Part shown: in pieces, positions 13,504-27,013 of the stretch | How positions within the stretch are numbered: position 1 is the first letter of the stretch | Layout: each line of letters opens with the position of its first letter | Assembly: GCA_010909165.1 (NCBI GenBank) | Contig: VJWM01000118.1 | Coordinates: forward strand, 124,001 to 188,000 | Source: Anthoceros angustus | Lineage: Eukaryota > Plantae > Anthocerotophyta | Direction of reading: 5' to 3' | Length of the DNA stretch: 64,000 nucleotides | Notes under the pieces: model-generated | Database searches by the model: none | Told to the model about the DNA's origin: nothing | Seen by the model: the letters and a program-made list of their open reading frames with translations, nothing else | Made by a program: the position numbers and the translations under genes

Positions 13504-14020
13504 TTGTTGTGGAAGGACTGGAATTCTGTGAGCTTCTGTGCAGATTGCCTTCATTCCCTACCTCGTTGCCGGGGACCCGGATCTGGACTTCACTGTGGAG
13601 GCATTGTTGTTGTTGGACCGGAGCGGATATTTTGGAGCTGGGAGTGCCGTACAGCTGATGGTGTGGTAATTCAGGTCAGCTCTGGTGGTAATTCTAGACT
13701 GCTGCTCTGGTCTGGTGTAGGAGCAATCGAGGTTGCATGGGACGTAGTAGAGGATTCAGGGCTTAGTACAGGGTTTTGGAGGGATAGATGGAAGGAGGTA
13801 GGGAGTGTTTGGGTTTTTGAGGGTGCACAATCACAGCTGATGGAAGGCTGGCTGTTTGGCTGGAGAGTTCGGGCTAGGTTGCCTTCATGAAAATGTAGCA
13901 TTAACGTTCTAACAATTCTGCCCGGTCCATGATGCAGGATGTCTCAGCACGTGCTTTGGAAAAGGGGTTTATCCGGGAGACGGTCCTGGAAATGCAACGG
14001 TCTTTCCTGCACTAATCTGA
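13504..14020 (+). pseudogene. Partial genomic duplicate of tryptophan synthase alpha (exons 2-3 with introns)
   Basis: Colinear with 18645-19170 (ttgccttcattccctacct.gttgccggggacccggat, intron 2, caggatg.ctca.cacgtgctttgga.aa.gg) but with deletions and frameshifts. Confidence 0.85.
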
Positions 14021-14034
14021 GATGTTTACATTCA

Positions 14035-14330
14035 CTTTCTGCAATTAAATCGATCAGCCATTCACTCAAAATTGTTCTCTAATCACCTTTATCGGCTGTT
14101 CACTAAACATCCCACTTTTAAAACTCCCATTGTTCTTTATTAACTAAATCAGCTATTCACTAATAGTCCGACTATTTTCTTATTAACTCGATCACCCATT
14201 CATTAAAAAGTCCATAGTTCTCTAATTAACTCGATCCGTTATTCACTAAATATTCCTTGTTCTCTAATTAGTCTGATTTAATAATTTTAGGAAAATATTT
14301 TTCTAATTAACTCAATCATCTTTTCATAAA
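14035..14330. repeat. AT-rich degenerate tandem array (attcactaaa / ttctctaattaactc units, ~40 bp)
   Basis: Motifs recur about 7 times. Confidence 0.55.
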
Positions 14331-14344
14331 AAACCTACTTTCTC

Positions 14345-14835
14345 TATGAGTTGTAGGCGCCGAGTTGAAGAGCGATCAGCGGCGTCAGCTAAAGAGGAGT
14401 TGTTGGAGGCATCACCACATGTGTTTGCTTTCACACTTGTGAAGTTGGGGAAGTACACCAAGGAGAAGTTCCACATAATGCTCATTGCGAATGAACCAAT
14501 GTCCCGCAGGAGGCACATGCTCAGCAAGGCTAAGTGGGATTTGATTGAGAATCGATGCCAAGAGCTCGTCAAGCTAGGGCTGATTCGACGATCTAACTCG
14601 TAGTACGCAGCTGCAACAGTGCTTTCCAAAAAGAAGGATGAGAATAGACTGTGGACGAAGAGGAGAATATGTGGCGACTATCGCCCATTGAACGAGCGAA
14701 TCCCACATGACCATGCCGACGACCGAAGAGATCTTTGATACTATTAGATTTACCAAGTTCTTCTCAACATTGGACTTAAGGCTAGGGTTTCACCAAGTAG
14801 ACATCGCCGAAGAAGACAAGAAGAAAACGGCAAAT
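14345..14835 (+). mobile_element. Ty3/Gypsy reverse transcriptase N-terminal fragment, same family as the element at 46.4-52.4 kb
   Basis: ELVKLGLIRRSNS*YAAATVL..KK..RRICGDYRPLN..MPTTEEIFD..FFSTLDLRLGFHQV.IAEEDKKKTA; 14345-14520 aligns to 51231-51405. Confidence 0.85.
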
Positions 14836-14869
14836 ATTGCTGGCGAAGTCCCTGCACGGAAACAATGTT

Positions 14870-15240
14870 CCCCCAGGATATTGACGAGAGCGTGGGATGC
14901 TCGAGGAGGACCAAACCTTGCACTTCAGGATCTTGGCCCTCAAACCTAGGCGGGATGGCTCCGAGGAGAAGAGTTCGAACACCTCCCTGACCTTGTCCCC
15001 TGGTCTTAAGATATGATTGTCATCCTCTACGGACGGAAAGAGACACTCCCCGACCGCAAAGGCAATAGTGGAAAGCGCCTTGAAGTACACCACGGCAAAG
15101 AGGACATCCCTGTCTCGTGTCTGTCGCCGAGTCAAGCACGAAAACCCCTTCTATATATGGTCCATACTGGAAGTAGAGGTTAGACGGAGAACCGTAGAAA
15201 GAGTGGACAAATGGAATAAGGCTTGCCAACTGCTGCTTGC
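14870..15240 (-). mobile_element. Non-LTR retrotransposon RT fragment (CRE-like)
   Basis: LIPFVHSFYGSPSNLYF...SATDTRQG(D)P...LFPSVEDDNHIL...LGLRAKILKCKVWS = RT domains 4-7 (QGDP and YxDD equivalents). Confidence 0.65.
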
Positions 15241-15241
15241 A

Positions 15242-16250
15242 TGATGAAATACCTTTAGTTTATGGCACTATTCACTAGGGCATCATAGGGTACTAAGTAG
15301 TTTCCTTAGGTAGTTATTTAAGTAGTTAGATATCATATTAGTTATATTGGTTACAACTACTCTTAACCACCTCCACTATATAAACACTCTTATACTTTCT
15401 ATTATACAATGCAATGCTACAAGCTCTTTTGCAAGTGTGTATGCGTGACTTTCATCGTGGTATCAGAGCTTTGACTCTAGATGCTTGAGCATATTCCTTG
15501 CCTGCTTATTTTGCATGAATTCATTTGCGCACATTCAACTTTGATGCGAGGAGACTTGCTTTTAGGCTGCATTCCAACTATGCTCAATATTATATATTGA
15601 CGATGCACATTTTGTGCATCACTTTCTTGTCAATCACCATGGTACAAGAAAGTAGGAGGAGATTGAAGGCTACAATACAAGAGAATCGATCACAGGACAA
15701 CAATTCTAAGAAGATTAGAGATCTCATTGAGAGAGATTCTAAATCTATGAGTAATTACATTGGAGCTATTCTAATCAAATCAGAATCAAGGGCAGTTGAT
15801 TAAGCTTGCTAGAAGAGATTTGCTTACTTGTTTTAGTCTTTTGCAAGTAGAAATACTAGAACTTGCACTGCAACACATTCCTAATTCAGTTGGTGGTCCA
15901 TTTGTTTGTAGTAGCACTAATTCTTTGCAACATTTTATAGAATCTATCAAATTAGATACCAAACTAAACCATGACGCCACTAATGAAAAGTTATCATTGT
16001 TGGTTTATGGCTTCAATCATTTAGCCAAATGTATTGAAATATTAGATTCCAAAATTTTAAATAGTTCCCTGCAGAGATCACCAAGTTCACTTGCAGATTC
16101 TAATTCTGATGAAGATTTCTAGCCACCACCTCGCGTGATCTCTTCTAAGAACACACATACACACAACGTAGTCATGTACTCTAAATTCACCTGCTGTGGC
16201 TGGATCAGGCGAAGACAATGAGCAACTCATCGACGACCAACCTAATAATT
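15242..16250 (+). mobile_element. Truncated Copia: 5' LTR (15242-15457), PBS, leader ORF; related to the element at 32989
   Basis: TGATGAAAT...TTCATCG LTR, PBS TGGTATCAGAGC (tRNA-iMet) at 15458; internal sequence colinear with 33259-34000. Confidence 0.85.
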
Positions 16251-17589
16251 ATGTCCCCCGGTGCCGACAGCAGGCACGAGACTGCCTAGGGAGGTTTACT
16301 TCAACTAGGACAGCTGTCTGAGCCAGCGAGGAGACAAGGCAAGCAGCGTAGAGAAGCCGGAGAGTGGAGGCCAGCCCTAGTCGTGGAAGACGCCCCAGAG
16401 GATGGCTGCCTGGCACGACCGAAGCTGTGCTTGAACAGAGGAGGCCGGCTCAAGGAGCACCCATGGTAAGTGTCACATCACCGGTCTACCTCCCGCTTGA
16501 ATTCCTCGATCCTGCCCTCCAGGAGTTCGTTCCTTTCTTTAACCACATGGAGCCGCAGTTCCAAGGTCTCCTTCTCCGCCTCCCTTAGCTGCCGCATCTC
16601 CTCGACTCCTTGGAGTTGCGTACGGAGCTCTCTTAGCTCGCCCAACCGTTCCTGCATTTCATTCCCATGGGCAGCCTGGACTTGCTTCCAAGATGCCTAC
16701 TCTCCCTTCAGGCTGGTGACCTCCTGCTCGCTCCCTCAACCGGGTTGTGGTTACTCCGGCCACCTCCCTCCATCGGTTCCGGTCCCTGCGGTTGTGTTTC
16801 CAGTCCGTCCTTGCTCTTGCCTCCGTGTGCCTTACTTCCTTAAGTTGGGACTCTAGGGCTTATCGCTCTTCTTGCTGAATGGACTTCGCTGTCTCTCAGG
16901 CTTCCTCTGCTGCCTGCCTCGTGACCTCCGCCATTGCCCGTTCTTTCTCTGTCACGTGCTGTGCCTTCTCTAGCCCTTGGCTCAAGGCCTATGCCCGGGC
17001 TTGTGCCTCTTGCGCCTACTTCAGCTGTTCACACAGTTGAAGGACCCTGGCCTGATCCTGTAGGGCGGACTAGCCTCCCGCTTCTCCTCCTTGACTCTGG
17101 CCAGGGTTTTCGCCTTCCGCCTGGCAGCCTGGGCTGCTTCTGCCTGGCCTTGGAGCTCGACCATGCGCTCCGAGTGGCACCCAAGCCATGTCATCCGCTA
17201 TGGCGGCTGGACTCGCCTAGCCTCTTCCACTGCTGTGGCGGGCAAACTCCCCTCAAACCCCACTGAGGGCGCGAGCATCTCCCGGCCCACCAAGGATTGA
17301 GTGCTTCAGCCTCAATCAGGAGGCCTAGGTCTTGTCCATCTGGCAGTGGACCTTCCACCTCCTTGGTCCTTTTGGCGGCCAACTCCTTTTCTGCCCTCCT
17401 ACGCCTGGGGTCCGGTGGGGGCAACGGCCCAAAGCTCCGGCACACTTCTTACACACACATATCATATTGCCCACTACTCAGCCATGGCCCAGCTTACATA
17501 TGTATAGGGCCAGCTCCAAATGCTTTCATCTAGAAACTCCCAACAGTCTCAGAATATTGTAGTGGTATATCTACACATGACCTCGGACT

Positions 17590-17905
17590 TTGTTTAATAA
17601 GGGAAAAAACGATGGGAAGAAGCCCATCCAACAGGAGACAATCAAGGAGGAACCCGAGGGTCAAGATAAAAGGGAGCGACTAAGCCCCCTACCTAAAGCT
17701 ACCTACTACTCCCAAAACATCATATGCAGGAAGAACAAAAGGCCTGCCAACCACGAAGGGAGAGGAAGATGTATCACCTGCCGTTGCCACCTTATGAAGG
17801 ATTGCCATCGAGAGAGCCCTTTGAAGAGCAATGGAGACCCGCTGTTTGAAGTAAGCTATGAAATAGGAAAATAGGAAAGAGACAACCCTGCACCATGCAT
17901 GCGGG
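17590..17905. repeat. Dispersed repeat, copy 1 (copy 2 at ~27200-27560)
   Basis: Shared blocks aagggagcgactaag, catatgcaggaagaacaaa, aaccacgaag, ccctttgaag.gcaat.gagac. Confidence 0.65.
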
Positions 17906-18236
17906 CGTAGTAGGATTTGGCACAAGACTTGAGAAATTCATTGAAGTACTAGTGATGACTTGAGCATAGATGTACTGCGAGCAAGGTGAGTAACCACTAC
18001 ATCGCCCACGGGTCACCGCCGAGAAGATACAAGCAGATCTACTATATTTTGTCCGAGGTCAAACACCTCGGTCAGAGTTGCTCGATGTTTTCCTCGGTGG
18101 CTGAAGCTGTGTACATGTTGAAATAGTATAAATTCGATGTTTTCCTCGGTGGCTGAAGCTGTGTACATGTTGAAATTGTATAAATTTTTCATCGGCAGCA
18201 ATCGAGACGCAGTTTACAGTTGTTGAGCTGGAGAGC

Positions 18237-20420
18237 ATGGCGTTTGCCTGTGACCGCTTGCTGCGGGCGAAAAATCCTGTGGCGTTTTCGGAGGCTGCCG
18301 GGGCTTGCTGTCCGACCCGCCTCCCATCTTTCCTGCGCTTGGAGTCCAGGAATGGTGCTGTGCTTGGGGCAGCCGGTAAGTCGGTGCATTGGAGCTTGGG
18401 CTCAGCAGGGAAGGCGGGACCCCGTGGTGGGTTGTGCATTCGCTGTGCCGTGGCCTCTGACACCCTGAACCTGGCGTCCACGTTTGCCGAGGTGAAGAAG
18501 GCAGGAAAGGTGCGGGCTGCGTATCAAATCGGGTTGGATTGGGTTGGGTTGTTTGTTTGAGAAGGAATGAGGGAATGTAGAGCATGGTGTTCTGTGAATG
18601 TGTTGAAGAGGTGGCAATGTGATGGGAATGCATTGCCGATGCTGATTTGTTCTGGTGGAAGGACTGGAATTTTGTGGTTTTCTGTGCAGGTTGCCTTCAT
18701 TCCCTACCTTGTTGCCGGGGACCCGGATTTGGAGACCACTGAGAAGGCCTTGTTGGTGTTGGACCAACGGGGAGCGGATGTTCTGGAGCTGGGAGTGCCG
18801 TACGCGGACCCTCTGGCTGATGGTCCGGTCATTCAGGTCAGTTCTGGTGGTAGTTCTGCTGCTCTGTTCTGGTGTAGGATCAGTCGAGGTTGCGTCGGAC
18901 GGTGAAACAGGGTTCAGGGTTTAGAGCAGGGTTTTGGAGGGAGGGAAGGAGGTAGTGAGCGATTGAGGGTGCACAGCTGATGGAAGGCTGGCTGTTTTGG
19001 CTGGCAGGTTCCGGCTTGATTGCCTTCATGAAATGTTGGTGGCCTTTGCGTTCTGACAGTTCTGCCTGGTCCATGATGCAGGATGCCTCAACACGTGCTT
19101 TGGAGAAAGGCATCACCCTGGAGGCAGTCCTGGAGATGCTGAGAAAGGTCTTTCCTGCTCCAGTCTGAGTGGATTGGTATCTGTTCGAAAATCTCTAGGG
19201 GATGGCCGGCTGACCTTAAACCCTAATTCCCTCCAGATGCAGTGTCCCTGTACAGGCTAGCTCCATGATGTATCGAGTGTGTTTCAGAAATCAGGAGCAG
19301 TTGGCTTGGTTGTTGACAACAATTTGTCTTGGCTTGATTGTGCAGGTTTCACCACAGTTGCGTGCTCCTGTTGTACTGTTCACATATTACAATCCCATTA
19401 TGAAGCGGGGTATAGAGAATTTCTTGAAGAGTATCAAGGATGCCGGTGCTTCAGGTGCTTTGTCATGACGCCGGGCATGTGATGACTCTTACTGGTTTTC
19501 AACCTTTAACCCTAGGTTGGCAGTTAATTGTGGGCAATTTGGCTGAAGTACTGATCTCATAATGGGGGTGTCATCCTTGCAGGTCTGCTTGTACCTGACC
19601 TGGTGCTAGAGGACACAGACGAACTGCGGGTCCTCACAGGGAAGCATGGGCTGGAGCTGGTACGATCTCCGGTTTTTGGGGTTTTGTCCCTAAGCTGGTA
19701 CTGTCCACTAACCTTCTCTCCTTTGGTAGGTGCTCGCGACCACGCCAACCACTTCTAAGGCACGGATGCGAGCCATAGCCCGTGCAACACGAGGCTTTCT
19801 CTACTTGGTAAGCTTCAGGCCTAAGCTTTTTTCCTGAGCAAGAGTACCGAGATTCCCTTATAGATGAACCTGGTGTCTTATTGGAGCCACCAGTAGATGA
19901 CTCACTACCTCTCCTGCACTCATGCAGGTGAGTCTGACAGGTGTGACAGGAGCTCGCGCAGCTGTATCTCCGAGGGTTCAAAAACTCCTGAAAGACATCA
20001 AGGAGGTGTGTTCTCTGCCTTTTGTGCTTCTAGCACAATTTTCTTTCACTTAAGGCTGGAAATGCAAATGCCGAGTATCGTACTCAGTCCCCTAATCAAA
20101 TTCGAAACTCCCGCAGGAGGTCCCCACAGTCCCGGTTGCTGTTGGCTTCGGAATCTCTAAACCAGAACATGCAACCCAGGTATGCCCATACCTGTATTGG
20201 AGAATGTTCCTTCCATGACTTGATACCTCGGATGAGTGTAGTGACACCCCCATGTCTTACATTGCAGATCGCGGAATGGGGGGCAGATGGTGTCATCATT
20301 GGCAGCAGTATAGTGAAATTGCTTGGAGAAGCAGCAACCCCAGAGGAGGGACTCGCTTCAATCGGATCCTTCGCTGACTCCATCCGGGCAGCAGTTCGAC
20401 ACAGTCACCTCCCGGAATAG
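18237..20420 (+). CDS. TSA1: Tryptophan synthase alpha chain with plastid transit peptide, multi-exon
   Basis: [88 protein letters not shown]. Confidence 0.95.
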
Positions 20421-20854
20421 CATTCAGAACTCTAGAGCATCCAGAGGCTGCCAGCTGTCCTCATCCATTTTTGTTCGTCAGGCTTCTCATTTTTTGGCCC
20501 CAGATGCGACCCCCCAGTCCTCTCTGAGATGCGCATGCATGGACTCGGGCCTCGGAACTCGGAACTCGTTAACTGGGTGTCAGGATACAGCAATAACCAT
20601 GTTAAAGGGTCCTGGATGGATCAACTACCCAATGTAGGTATTATGTACTAGGTTTTAATTACCTGGTCAGGAAATTAGCCTGCCCTCCTTCTCGACATTG
20701 GTCGGCACAGTCTCGGGCTTTCCAGTGCAGTGAGCAGGGTTGAGCAGCAAGAGCGGACGCGGAGCCTATCGGAACTGGAGCGGGCGCGCTCCACGATCGG
20801 CAGCGCGGGTCCAATTAGGAGCAATTGCGCTTGCAGGCAAGCAGAGAAGCAGCC

Positions 20855-21281
20855 ATGGTTGAGTCGGATCGATCCTCTGGACAGGTCTGTCTCTGCTGCG
20901 CCACCAGATCTGTCACTCGCATGTTTGCTATCGCTCCCTGTGATGCCTGCGGCTCCCGCTGTGGTTTGCTCTTGTGATGAACAATGTCCAGATCTTCCAT
21001 TTTTGTGTTAAACTGCGGGGATTTGGCGCTAACGCTGTAGCTAACGCGTTTTGGTCCTGTTGCAGGAGTTTTTCTCTTCTAAGAACTTGAAATCGGGATA
21101 TAACCCCGGAATTGTAGTGGTTCTTGTGGTTGTCGGATTGGTGTTGGCATTCCTCATCGGCAACTATTACTTGTACACCTATGCACACAAGGCTCATCCT
21201 GCCAGGAAGAAGAAGCCGGTGTCTAAGAAGAAGTTGAGGAGGGAGCGGTTGAAGCAGGGCATGGGCCCTGTCGGAGATTGA
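20855..21281 (+). CDS. S1FA: DNA-binding protein S1FA family, two exons (20855-20884, 21066-21281)
   Basis: [52 protein letters not shown]. Confidence 0.9.
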
Positions 21282-23831
21282 ACTTCTCTTTGTCAGCTTG
21301 AGCAGTTACAGTGGTGTGATAGCTGCGGATTAGTAAGCCTATGCCCGAAGCGGTTTTGGGGAGGTGGTGATCGGAGAAGATGGATCCGCAATTTCTTTGC
21401 TGGTTGGTAGCATCTGTGTAGTATCACGCTGCGGAATAGATTGCAGGAAGAGTCCCAAGGTCCTCAGGGAAGGGTCTTGTGAGAGGAGCAGGAAGCAGGG
21501 TTAGCACATACTTTGTACTCTATGCCTGAACTTTTTCTGAGCATAGCTGTTGTCAGTGGCAATTTGATCACAAGTGTCTTGGACCAATTAGGTAGGTGTG
21601 CCCATTGGTGACATAGCTAAAGCTCCCAGCTAAATATGGTGTCGCAATATAGTGTCTCTCCACAGCTACCTTTGCATTACCTATTTGATACGATGATGAT
21701 CAGTTAAATGAGTTGATGCAAATTATGATTTGATATTTATATATGTCTCAAATAGAAATAATAATTATAATACAAATTTTAGCTCCATATTTTAGATGAA
21801 AATTTTAAGCTTCGGTGTGTGAAAACAAATGAGGCACGCCCAACAACCGAACGCCTTGTCAGAAGAAAGCGTCCGTTCAAAAAACACGAGTGGGGCCCAC
21901 CACATACACTTGGTGGGCCCATTGCCTTCCTCGTTTCCATCCATCCTTGGCATGCCAGAGTCCGTAGGTCCATCCGCATGGCCCCCCATCGTCCACACCG
22001 CTCGGCGGCATGGGGCATCCGGCATTGCGCGCAATATTGTTTGTGGGTGTGGATGGTCGGTATAGGGTTTATGAGGTTTGCCTTAAACATGAATTCCTCC
22101 TACCAAGTATGGTTGTCCTATTTAGTGGGTATTTAATTGATTGAGAAATACCGTAGGTAGAAAGATAATTTGTCTCAACTTGCCAAAGAATACGATGAAA
22201 GGGGACATGGCCATGGCGGCACCTTCAGGCTGTTCAGCAATGCGTGTACATATGTCTGCAATCTCCCCCAGCTGTCTAACGTGTGGCTATGCGCCACAAG
22301 CTTCCCGAACCCATCAGCTGCAGCTCCAGTATGCCAGACTAATATCTATGGAGACTGCAAGTTGCACCAAATTGCCACTTGTCGCCTCCTTCCTGTCTAT
22401 CAAACTTAGGACCGATGAAGCTTACTCCCTGCCCTACAACATGCAAAGTGTTCAACCGAGATACCACGTACACAGGTAGGTTGAACAACTAGGTATTCCG
22501 TGTGGACCCGGTAATCCAACGGACATCTCCATAGCAACCTTCTCTGCTGGAGGCAGGCTGCACGGCGGAGACAGGGCCTCTTTTGGCAACATCCCAGCAG
22601 CGACAGGCAAGTTGTGCAAAAGCACCCACAACTGATATGGACTGTCCTGAAGGCCATCCTGCACCTGCACCCTGCCCAATTGAGTGTTCGAGAGGCCTCG
22701 TCTTTCCTTATGCACTCCGAATCACGTCACATGAATGTCCCTCCACCACAGATTCTGCCACATTGTGCATGACACCCCAGGGGAAATGCAGCGCTCTGCA
22801 TAAATTCTAAGCTCTTGATTCTTGAAGCCATGGAGCCAGGACAGCCTCACCTAATGTGCTTACATCAGCCATACCCAAGGTCACAATCACGTCACGTGGG
22901 TGCCACCACATACATTCATGTGTTGTCTCTAGTGCATGCTTTTGCATACATGAAATGGAGATGGCGGTGTTTGTTACATGTAGGAAGGAGGAGAGGAGTG
23001 AGAGGCAGTTCACCTGGGCATGCGCATGGCACTGTTGCTGGGCACCGGGCTGCGTGCCGCTGCTGTGCCTTGTCTTGTTCTTGTCAAGTTGGGGAATCGA
23101 AGGGGAGCCGAATGGCTGCATCCTTCCACCTGGCCGCTTGTCCGTGCCCCGGCTGCGCCATGCTGAACGGCGCTGCCCTTCCGGGCACCCGAGCTCCAGT
23201 CGTGACGACAAATTGCGTCAGAGAGCTACCTCTCTCGGGCCGGGCCGGGCCGGGTCGCGGGCGGGAGAGAGTAGAGTAGAGTACCGGTGGTGACATCGGG
23301 TACGGTGCTGCGTCCTCCGGATGCGCTGGGATTGGCGCCCGTAACACGCCCGGGTTTGCAATTTGCACGTTCCCTCCCGTCACCTCGCGCGTGCCTGCTG
23401 CCCGCGGCATTCAGGCCCGCAGCGGAGCGCAGGGGTCGAGGGGATAGGAGAACGCACCTCCTGTCGGCCGGTTCCCTGGACTTTCGAGCGGAGGCGATGC
23501 GAGGAAGGCAATGCTGGCTTGTTGGGTTGCTGCTGCGTGAGAGATTTTTTGTTGGGCAGTCGCTCGTGCGCTCGCATTTGAGGGATTTAATACGCGGGTG
23601 ACGGGGGAAGAAGCAGCGAAGATGAGGGAGCATTGTGGGCGCTTCCGGTTTAGGACTGGGAGCGGTATCGGAGCTCCCCGTGGGGCTGGGGAGGTGCGTG
23701 CATTGCAGAAGCTGAGGCCTGCGTATGCTCTGTTTCGGGGAACAGGAAGGAAACGGACAGAATGAGTTGAAGACGGGGAGGAGGATATTTTGTCAGTGGG
23801 CTTAGCTTGCAGCGCAGTGGAGGAGGTGGCT

Positions 23832-26800
23832 ATGGGGGCTCTGTTTCTGCTGTATGTTGCGGTGATAAGCATGCTGTGCTCTTTTGTGGGCGGGACGATT
23901 ATCCCCCCTGGCGTTAGCTTGGAAGGTGGGGAGCCTACTTCTGCGGTTGTTCATTTTGTCTGGCGGAATGCAGTGGTGCTGTGCTGACGTTTGAGGTTTT
24001 GCGTTCTTGCAGTGAATGCGCTGATCACCATGAAGCAGTACCTGGCGGACCCAGGAAATAATCTTGAGTCGTGGGACAGGCTTGCAGTTGACGCATGCGG
24101 TTTTTTCCACGTTACCTGCTCAAATCAGCTGTCAGTCATCAGGATGTTAGTGTTGGACCATGGGCCTTCTTCTTCCCGTGATGCACCTGGTATGTGCTTG
24201 TTCTTGGGCTGACGTACCGTGCTCTGTTTTGGTTTGTGCCAGAGATCTTTCAGGTGCAAGGTTATCCGGAACCCTTTCACCGGCGATAGGGAGCTTACCA
24301 AACCTTCAGCACTTGTACGTAGCTGGTCCTCTCATGGAGGGCGTCGAGGAGTGCATGACATGGATACCTTTGCTGTGCAGAGTGTCTAATTCATGGATTG
24401 TTCTTGTTCAAGGGTCATGCCATACAACTCCCTGTCAGGAACGCTACCCCCGGAATTGGGTAACTTGACTGGGCTGGTGGAATTGGATCTCTCCAACAAC
24501 AAGTTCAATGGGACTATCCCTTCGACAATCGGGCAGCTGCAAAGTCTTATTTACCTGTAAGAGAACCGTCGTTGTAGAGTGAAAAACCCTTGCTTCTTTG
24601 TGTGTTTCTCGGTCGGAGGAAGTTAAACAAAACGATGCCTCCTTTGCTCTACTGCATTGTTGCCGTAGATGAGAAACCACAACTTCAAATTCTGTGTCCA
24701 AGCTGTACAGATTAGCTGACATCCTGTAGTTTTTTTTCCTGTCCAGGCGTCCAAACTGTACAGATTAGCTGACATCATGTAGTTTTTTTTCCTGTCCAGG
24801 CGCTTGAACAACAATAATCTTTCCGGAGACTTGTCGTTTTTTTCCAACATGACCAACCTTCAAGTCTTGTAAATCCCTGATTCATTCCAGACGATGTTGT
24901 TTATGTGTCTGAGTCAGTCATGACTGCAAACTCATAGTGCCAGCAACACCTTGCATCAGGGATCTGTCGTCCAACAACTTCAACGGGACTGGCCCACGAA
25001 TCTCATCTGCCAATTTCAAGTAGGATAAACCAGTTCCACCTCCAAGCTACATTTCTGAATGCCATTGAATGCATTTCAAGCAAGAGATGCTTATCTGCGA
25101 GCCATCAGGTTACTGACTGAATCAGACATGCAGCTTTTCGAATAACCCAGCTTGCCTACTGGGTCCGACACAGGGCTGCCCGACCATCATCGAAGAACAG
25201 CCCCTCACTCAGGCCGAAGGTACACGCTTTTCCATCCCTTTCTCCGCCCCATCACTCCTCTGCTTCTCCTTCCATGCAGCATGATAAAACAAATCCTCCT
25301 TCCTTCCATGCAGGCAGCAGCAGCCTAGGCGTAGGCATGGCAAAGTCTGGGAGACCCAGCATCTGGTTTCTGGCCTGTGGGCTCATCAGCGCCGGTCTTC
25401 TACTGGCCATCTTGATGCTCGCTGCCCTATCTTGGATGCGTCGCCAAACCAAGCAAGCCTTCTTCGACGTCCACGGTAACCATCCCCTTCCCTTCCTCTC
25501 CACCCACCTCAAACTTGTCCAACATCCGCCATCCTAACACCAACCCAAATCTTTCACTCCAGCCCAAGGCCCAGATGCTTCCCTGGGCCAGCTCAAGAAA
25601 TTCTCCCTCCGAGAACTGCAGATCGCCACAGACAACTTCGACAACAAGAACGTTCTGGGGAAAGGAGGCTTCGGGCACGTTTACAAAGGCAGCCTGTCCG
25701 ACGGATCCACCATCGCCGTCAAGCGCTTGAAGGACGGCAACATAGCAGGAGGCGAGCTCCAGTTCCAGATGGAGGTGGAGATGATCAGCTTGGCTGTGCA
25801 CCGCAACCTCCTCCGACTGGTGGGTTTCTGCATGACGCCCACAGAAAGGCTCCTTGTCTACCCCTTCATGTGCAACGGTAGTGTGGCGTCCCGACTCCAC
25901 GGTGCGTTGATCTCCATGCCATTCCTTCCCTTTCAAATTTCCTTTCCTCTCCAACACCTTTATCTTCACCTCCAACCGTGGTTTTTCCTCACATTCTCCT
26001 TCAACACCTATATTTCTCCTTTGTCCACCCCGGTTTTCCTCAGATTCTCTCCCACCTCCTTCATCTTCACCTCCAACCCTGGTTCTCACGTTCTCATCGA
26101 ACACCTGGGTTCTCACATTCTGCACCACCACCTTTTTAAAATTCTTCACCTCCAACCATTAGTTTTCTCACTTTCTCCTCCAACACCTGGGTTTTCTCAC
26201 ATCCTCCTCCACCACCTTTTCCTTCACCTCCAACCATGGTTTTCTCACATTCTCCTCCAACACCTGATCTTGGCCTCATCTTTTCTCTTGGCTGATCCAG
26301 ACACGATTCTGGGCAAGCCGGTGCTGGACTGGCCAGCCCGGAAGCGGATCGCCCTGGGGGCGGCGCGGGGTCTGCTCTACCTGCACGAGCACTGCGACCC
26401 CAAGATCATCCACCGGGACGTGAAGGCGGCCAACATCCTGCTGGACGACACGTTCGAGGCGGTGGTGGGCGATTTCGGGCTGGCTAAGCTGCTGGACCAC
26501 CAGGACACCCACATCACCACGGCGGTGCGGGGGACGGTGGGCCACATCGCACCAGAATACCTCTCGACGGGCCAGTCCTCCGAGAAGACGGACGTGTTCG
26601 GCTACGGCATCCTGCTGCTGGAGCTCATCACGGGCGAGCGGGCCTTCGACTTCGGCCGCATCAAGCAGCGCAAGGACGTGATGCTGCTGGACTGGGTGAA
26701 GACGCTGCACCACGACAAGAAGCTGGAGTGCCTGGCCGACGCGCGCCTCAAGGCCGACTTCAACGCCTTCGAGCTGGAGGAGATGGTGCAGGTGGCGCTG

Positions 26801-27013
26801 CTGTGCACCCAGTTCTCCCCCGCCGACCGGCCCTCCATGGCCGTGGTTGTGCGCATGCTGGAGGGCGACGGCCTCGCTGAGCGCTGGGAGGAGTGGCAGA
26901 AGGTGGAGCTCCGGCGGACCCAACAGGCCCGCCTGCTTCCCCGAAGGTTCGACAGGATGGTCGAGGACTCCACCTTCGATCTCGAGGCCGTGGAACTCTC
27001 CGGTCCTCGCTAG
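23832..27013 (+). CDS. LRR receptor-like kinase, LRR-II (NIK/CIK-SERK) family
   Basis: Signal peptide, LRRNT ([21 protein letters not shown]), one-LRR-per-exon structure, [65 protein letters not shown]-terminus AVELSGPR*. Confidence 0.93.

Noticed and set aside
22140-23800. Many overlapping ORFs between S1FA and the LRR-RLK
   Set aside because: No recognisable domain; the GC-rich part is probably the RLK promoter/5' UTR, and 22150-22950 remains unassigned.
25427-26973. Long antisense ORFs opposite the kinase
   Set aside because: Shadow ORFs from high GC3 codon usage and the pyrimidine-rich intron.
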